Assembly: GCF_009914755.1 (NCBI RefSeq) | Contig: NC_060926.1 | DNA length: 64,000 bases | Direction: 5' to 3' (one strand) | Source of the DNA: the human T2T-CHM13v2.0 reference genome, Homo sapiens | Notes under the pieces: generated by a model | Database searches by the model: none | The model's input: the letters and a program-made list of their open reading frames with translations, nothing else | What the model was told of the DNA's origin: nothing | In this document: piece by piece, positions 57,584 to 64,000 of the stretch | How positions within the stretch are numbered: the stretch's first letter is position 1 | Layout of the letters: each line of letters opens with the position of its first letter | Program-made: the position numbers and the translations under genes

Positions 57584-57977
57584 TGTGATGATCTTTTGAT
57601 GTGTCAACTTGGCTAGGCTAAGTCTCCAGTTATTCAACCAAAGGCTAATCTTGGGGTTGCTGTAGGTGTGATTAAAGTTCATAATCAGTTACCTTTAAGT
57701 AAGAGAGGATCAGCCTAGATTATCTGAGTGGGCCTGATCCAATCAGTTGAAAGGCTTTAAGAGAGGAACTGAGGGTTCCCTGATAAAGACGCCATTCTGC
57801 CTTTGGCTAGAAGATTCAGCCCCGAAGTTCCAGCCTGCCCTTCCTGATATCCAGCTCTACAGATTTCAGACTTGCCTATCTAGCTCCCACAATTACATAA
57901 GCCAGTTCCTTTTAATAAATCTCTCAATATATATCTCCTACTGGTTTATCTTCTTTGGTTGAATCTTGACTGTTACA
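57584..57977 (+). mobile_element. MLT2-type (ERVL) solo LTR
   Basis: TGTGATG...tgtgtcaacttggctaggcta...taataaatctc...gactgttACA. Confidence 0.8.
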
Positions 57978-58557
57978 GGGCCCCAATGACGTGATGACAT
58001 GCAGATGTTCCGCACTCATAAGGTACTGATATCTAATACATATTTTAATCCAGCAGAACTTTGTAGGTATTTAAAAACTAACATTTCATTTAAAAACATT
58101 TTTTACTTTTTAAAAAGTTTCTGAGACAGTTATGCCCGTATCCCAATACTTGAAGGGAAAAAGGCACTCGCATTAATTTTTTTAAATGGCATCTACTTCT
58201 TATGAAGTCATGTTGTTGATTATAAAACTGGGAAAGCTTTTTCAAGCAATTGCTGTAAACTTTACTGAACAATAAAGAGATTGCAATTTAGGAAAACTTC
58301 AAGCAAGACAAATGGTCTTAGCCAATGGCCATTAATGGTAGGTACCAGCATGATGTCTCAAAACATCAGACAGAACTGACACAGGGGTTACACATCCAGA
58401 GAAGAAACAGAATTTGTCACTCTAGGAGAAGCCAAGGAAGATTCAGAATGAATGTGGATCCATGATCCTCCCTTTTCCCAAATCTCACCAGCAGCTTGGC
58501 CCCTGATATTCCAAGATTATAAAACCAACCCTCCATAAATCCCATTACCATCTGTTA

Positions 58558-58720
58558 AATTTTTTTATTTTTAATTTTTGTGGGTACATATTATGTGTAT
58601 ATATTTATGAGGTATATGCGATATTTTGATACAGGCATACAATGTGTAATCACATTAGGATAAATAGAGTATCCATCACCTCAAGCATTTATTCACAGTG
58701 TTACAAACAATCCAATCATA
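58558..58720 (-). mobile_element. Very short 5'-truncated L1MA-type insertion
   Basis: L1MA 3' end flanked by the direct repeat cccattaccat (58541, 58721). Confidence 0.8.
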
Positions 58721-58921
58721 CCCATTACCATTTTAAAGAGAATCATAGTGGGTGAAAGAAATGTAAGACACTAAGCATTTATACCAAAGACACTGAGCCA
58801 TAATAAAGAGGTTATGTAAACTGGAAAAGACTGTTAAACTATAAATTACCAAGTTTCTACAATTGTTTTTCTTCCACATTATCCAGTAAAGCAAAATCTT
58901 GTAAAGAAGTTCTGATCTAGG

Positions 58922-59246
<325 letters not shown>

Positions 59247-60239
59247 TTATTGGCACATTTAAGGCAGTGTAAATACATTTTCAACCGTGTCATAAAAGGG
59301 CTCTTTTAATGAAAGGCCTGGGATTCAGAGTTTAAATGATTTCCCAAAATGTCCAGAAATATGCCTTTGATTTTACAACTGTAAAAGGAGTGAGAGTAGG
59401 GGAGTGGTTGTTGAAGATGAGTTAAGGTAGAAAAATAATGGAAGGGAGTACATGGCATCTATTCCTTTTCAGACAAACTGGTCTGGACTGAGTTTGGATC
59501 CCTGGACAGGGTTCAGAGTAAAAAACTAATAGAAATGCTTACAAAATATTTTGTAGAACTCAGTACAACTAGATTTTCTTTGATGCCCAGGTGATAACTA
59601 TATAGCATAAAATTAAAATAACAAGACTGGTCTTTCTGCAAAATAAAAGTTAAGAGCCATTTACCATCAGGAACTAAGGGTCTGAGTCTTCAGACACCAA
59701 ACCTTCTGGCAAAGTGCAAACGTGGAGAGAGGAGAAAACAGACAAAGGGGATCTGAAACAGTCCGGAATGCATCCTTAAGACAGCTGCAGTTTCTGAAGG
59801 TTTAGCAGTACTTTGGTAAGGAGGAAATTGATCTTCATGTCAGAATTCACCAAAGGCCTTATGTAGTGGAACTGTACTGAGGTTTGGCTTTGGCCTCATT
59901 ATTTGACACAAATCTGTTTGGGACAGCCTCAGCCTTTGGAAGATGAAGAGTCGAATACCTGAGTAAATGTCATTTCAGACATCCCTGAACCTGTATGTGA
60001 TTAATGGTTATGTCATCATGTATGTTACCAATATACCTAATCAGAATTACATTGTCATAATATAAATAAGACAAGTCATTTGGATTTACTATTATTCACT
60101 AAATCGTTCCTTTCAAATATTGGTACAATTTCAAGATATACTTTGAAGCAAAACCTGTTTATATGTTTGTTGTATTGAAATTCTATGTCAACTGAAATAT
60201 AAAGGTATGTTTATCATAGCAAGGGTAAAGATTTACTAT

Positions 60240-61108
60240 TGTCAACTGAAACATCCCAAGATCTACAAATCTAGAAAAGGAGACTTTACCTGTAAAGGGT
60301 TACAGCCTACAAGGTGGCCATCCCACAGGCTGGGAAGCACAGCCTCCAGCAACGACCAGAGACAGGCACTTTGAAGGAGGAGGAGTTGGGAGAGAGCTTT
60401 ATGCTGAGCTTATTGGCCAAACATACATATTCAACAGCTTACAGGAGGAGCTATGATTATTCATAAAGGTGGTCCTGACACATGTGTATTGAACAAACAT
60501 GCATATAACATATGAGCCATGTTCACTCTGGGTTGATGACTTAACATTTAAGTATTTTATAGTCAGGCCCTGCACATCCAAAGATCTTTTCAGGACATAA
60601 AGGCACTCAAGTGCACATCCTCTGTAAACCCATCAGAACCAGTCCTGGTTGGTGATCTTATCAGGAGAAAATTATTAAGATCAGTCTCTTGTCCAATCAA
60701 AGCTGTAGTTATGGCTTGTGAAACAGGGAGAGTTAGTTAGTTAGTGTCTGGTGGTGAGCTACAATTGTTTTCATATTGCTTATCTTGAGGCCAGTGCTTG
60801 GTTAGCTGCTAGAGAAAGAGGAAAACCTTATGGCAGTTAGAACATAGTCTATTCTTTAAGTGTAGCGGTGTGTGACTTAACCCTACCTGGCATTGCCTTA
60901 GGTCTTGCTACATTATTGTCACAAAGAGTCTGTTTTGTCAGTATTATGATCTCAATTTTAACATTAATGCTGGTCAGTTGTTCTGTCTAAACTGGAAAAA
61001 AAGAGGATATCATGAAGTGTGTCCAACCTCCCATGCCAGGGGTCACCTTGGTCAAGAGGGTGTTTTTTCAATCCATGAGTGAACTTAGGATTTTGTTTTT
61101 ATACTACA
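60240..61108 (-). mobile_element. ERV1 MER4-group solo LTR
   Basis: TG...CA ends; the reverse complement starts tgtagtataaaaacaaaatcctaag, like MER4-group LTRs. Subfamily uncertain. Confidence 0.7.
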
Positions 61109-61247
61109 ATGGTATGTTTTGAAAGCTGTTAATTTAATGTACAAGAACAATTATTAGGAATTTTGAAGTAGGTAAATAAGAAAAATATATTGAAAGTTAA
61201 TATGAACATTAAGAGAAAATACACAAGCTTGTTACCTTTAGGAACAC

Positions 61248-61671
61248 TATAGTAGTAACTAGCCTCCAAGATGGCGCCTAATGATCCTTACCTCCTGGGA
61301 TAGTATCTTCCCATACTGAATAGGACTGACTTCCATAAATAATAATTGCATTAAGATTTCCAGGGCTATGTTGAAATAGATATTGAGGCTTCCAACTTCT
61401 CTCTCTTTAATTACCTTTTCTAGAGAAAGTCAGCTACCCTGTTGTAAGGACACTCAGGCAGGCTATGGAGAAGTTTGGGTAAGGAAGAAATGAGGCCTCC
61501 AGCCAACAACCAACACCAGCTTGCTAAGTTATTCATGTGCGCCAACTAGGAAGTAGATCTTTCAGCCCCAGTAAAGGTTTCAGGCAACTGAAGCCCTAAC
61601 CAACATCTGGACTGCAATCTCGAAAGACCCCACCCCCACCCCAAGCCCAAACTGTGGGATAAGACATTTTG
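61248..61671 (+). mobile_element. MLT1-type LTR, interrupted near its 3' end
   Basis: agcctccaagatggcgcctaatgatcc...gaggcctccagccaacaacc...aaactgtgggataa. Confidence 0.7.
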
Positions 61672-62567
61672 AGTTCCTTTTGCTGTGCAGATGCTCTTTA
61701 GTCTAATTAGATCCCACTTGTCAATTTTGGCGTTTGTTGTCATTGCTTTTAGTGTTTTAGTCATGAAGTCTTTGCTCATTCCTATGTCCTGAATGATACT
61801 GCCTAGGTTTTCTTCTAGGCTTTTTATGGTTTTAGGTCTTACATTTAAGTCTTTAATCCATCCTGAGTTAATTTTTATATAAGGTGTAAGGAAGAGGTCC
61901 AGTTGCAGTTTTCTGCATATAGCTAGCCAGTTTTCCCAACATCATTTATTAAATAGGGAATCCTTTCCCCATTGCTTGTTTTTGTCAGGCTTGTCAAAGA
62001 TCAGATGGTTGTAGATGTGTGGTGTTATTTCTGAGACCTGTATTCTGTTCCATTGGTCTATATATCTGTTTTGGTACCAGTAGCATGCTGTTTTGGTTAC
62101 TGTAGCCTTGTAGTGTAGTTTGAAGTCAGGTAGCATGATACCTCCAGCTTTGTTCTTTTGGCTTAGGATGGTCTTGGCTATGTGGGCTCTTCTTTGGTTC
62201 CAGATGAAATTTAAAGTAGTTTTTTCTAATTCTGTGAAGAAAGGCAATGGTAGCTTGATGGCGATAGCACTGAATCTATAAATTACCCTGGGCAGTATGG
62301 CCATTTTCATGATACTGATTCTTCCTATCCATGAGCATGGAATGTTTTTCTGTTTTTTTGTGTCTTCTCTTATTTCCTTGAGCAGTGGTTTGTAGTTCTC
62401 CTTGAAGAGGTCCTTCACATCCCTTGTAAGTTGTATTCCTAGGTATTTTATTCTGTTTGTAGCAATTGTGAATGGAAGTTCACTCACGATTTGGCTCTCT
62501 GTTTGTCTATTATTGGTGTATAGGAATGCTTGTGATTTTTGCACATTGATTTTGTATCCTGAGACTT
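61672..62567 (-). mobile_element. Internal L1PA ORF2 fragment without 3' UTR or poly(A)
   Basis: ORF 61942..62703 contains [19 protein letters not shown]...WGKDSLFNK, close to the L1PA consensus. Confidence 0.92.
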
Positions 62568-63099
62568 CTGTTTTTAAGGCATAATCACTATTTACATTAA
62601 TTCTAATATGGAATTGGGTGGTATATATTATACAAGTCAGTTTCAACAATAACAAAAAAATTCTTACTATTGTACTTTGTTGATAGCAATACCCACGTAG
62701 CAAGTCTTATTAGCAAGGAGTGACTGCAAAAAGCACCGTGTGGCTGGGACTTGCTGAAGAAGTAAGCATCCTGATGGGTCTTGAAACTGTAAAGGCTTCT
62801 CACATGCTGCCAGCTCTCAAAACTCTCTCATCATTCTGCTTTAGGGAAAATGCTGAAATTGGTTTGTAGGCAATGAATGCAGAGATACAAGTGGAAATTA
62901 ATAGAAAATTCTGTTATCTTTAAAGACAGTTACATTATGCCATCCACATATTTCTAAAATCCAATGTTTAAGGAACAAATGTGTTTCAAGTGGTGGAAAT
63001 GGAATAGAACACTAGAATGTTTCAGAGACGTGCCTTTCCCCAATTGTGATATTTGTACTACAGTGAATATAGTGCTCAATTCATAGTGTCAACTTCAAT

Positions 63100-63940
63100 T
63101 TTTACTGTCTTTTAAGACTTTAGTTTGAAATAATTTTAGGCTTACAGAAGAATTAAGAGCACTGTACAGTGAGTTCCCATATCCCCTTCATCAGTTTCCC
63201 CAGTGTAGCATAACCATAGTTCAATGATTGAAACCAGGAAATTAACATTTGTACAATACTGTTAACTAAAATACAAGCTTTATTCAGATTTTCCTCGTTT
63301 TCCTACAACAGTCTTCTTTTCTGTTCCAGGATCCAATTTGGAATCCTACACTGCATTTAGTTGACAGGTCTCCACACTCTCCTCCAAACTGTTGTTTCTC
63401 AGTCTTTCCTTGCCTGTCTTTCAGGACTTCAAAACTTTTATGTCGTACTAAGTTACTATCTAATTTAGCTAATTTGTAGAGTATATCTCAGTTTTGGTTT
63501 GTCTCATGCTTGCTCATGATTGGAGTGAGCTTTGCATTATTATTGGGAAGGATAGTACAGAGACAATGTACACTTCTCAGGGTACCGTATCAGAAGGGTG
63601 CATGATGCCACCTGTCACTATATCTTATTACCTGTGATGTTAGCTTTGAGTCCTTGATTAAGGTGGTGTCTGTCAGATTTCTCCCCTGTGATGTTACTAT
63701 TTTGGAAGACATAATTTGGGGTGCAAATATCCTTTTTCTCCTTAAAATTTTACCCAAAATTTCAGCATCCATTGGTGAATCTTGCCTGAAACAATTATAA
63801 CTGTAGTGTTGTAATGGTAATTCTATATTTACCACCTTTCCTCTAGAATTACTAATTGGATTCTTTTTCTGTAAGGAAGTGTTATCTCTTGTCTACCATT
63901 TGTATATTTATTCAGTTATTTATTTATGTCAAGATAAATA
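63100..63940 (-). mobile_element. Old L1M (L1MC-like) 3' region
   Basis: gaaataattttaggcttacagaagaatt...aaaccaggaaattaacattt...ttgattaaggtggtgtctgtcagatttctcc. Confidence 0.7.
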
Positions 63941-64000
63941 CTTTTTCTTTTTTGTCTTCCTACATGATGGGTAGCAGGTAATTTTTTAAGACTGTATTTT

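Noticed and set aside
61942-62703. 253-aa ORF
   Set aside because: It is an L1 ORF2 fragment fused by chance to flanking sequence, with a non-ATG start.

Overview
Mammalian, apparently human, genomic DNA containing the 5' end of ABCA12, the keratinocyte lipid ABC transporter (2q35 by recollection), on the minus strand. Coding exon 1 (48874-48942, MASLFHQLQILVWKNWLGVKRQP) and exon 2 (22333-22426, LWTLVLILWPVIIFIILAITRTKFPPTAKPT) have canonical splice sites. Intron 1 is 26.4 kb, intron 2 runs off the left edge, and about 15 kb of upstream sequence is present. Most of the rest is interspersed repeat: a 6.1-kb two-LTR HERV-H-type provirus with a tRNA-Phe-like primer binding site (antisense, in intron 2), 20 Alus, a 5'-inverted L1, a ~10.6-kb nested L1 block, solo LTRs and old MIR/L2/DNA elements. 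The most unexplained structure is a 275-bp, 96%-identical inverted repeat in intron 2 (16723-16997 / 18539-18813) that I do not recognise as a transposable element, with a second, short inverted repeat nearby. Also notable: the essential upstream AP-1 site appears to lie inside an L2 remnant, the leader has a Met-Pro-stop uORF, and nested inverted Alus bracket exon 2. I found no new protein-coding system, CRISPR array or RNA gene. Repeat subfamily names and boundaries come from remembered consensus sequences and are approximate unless a target-site duplication (TSD) is quoted.
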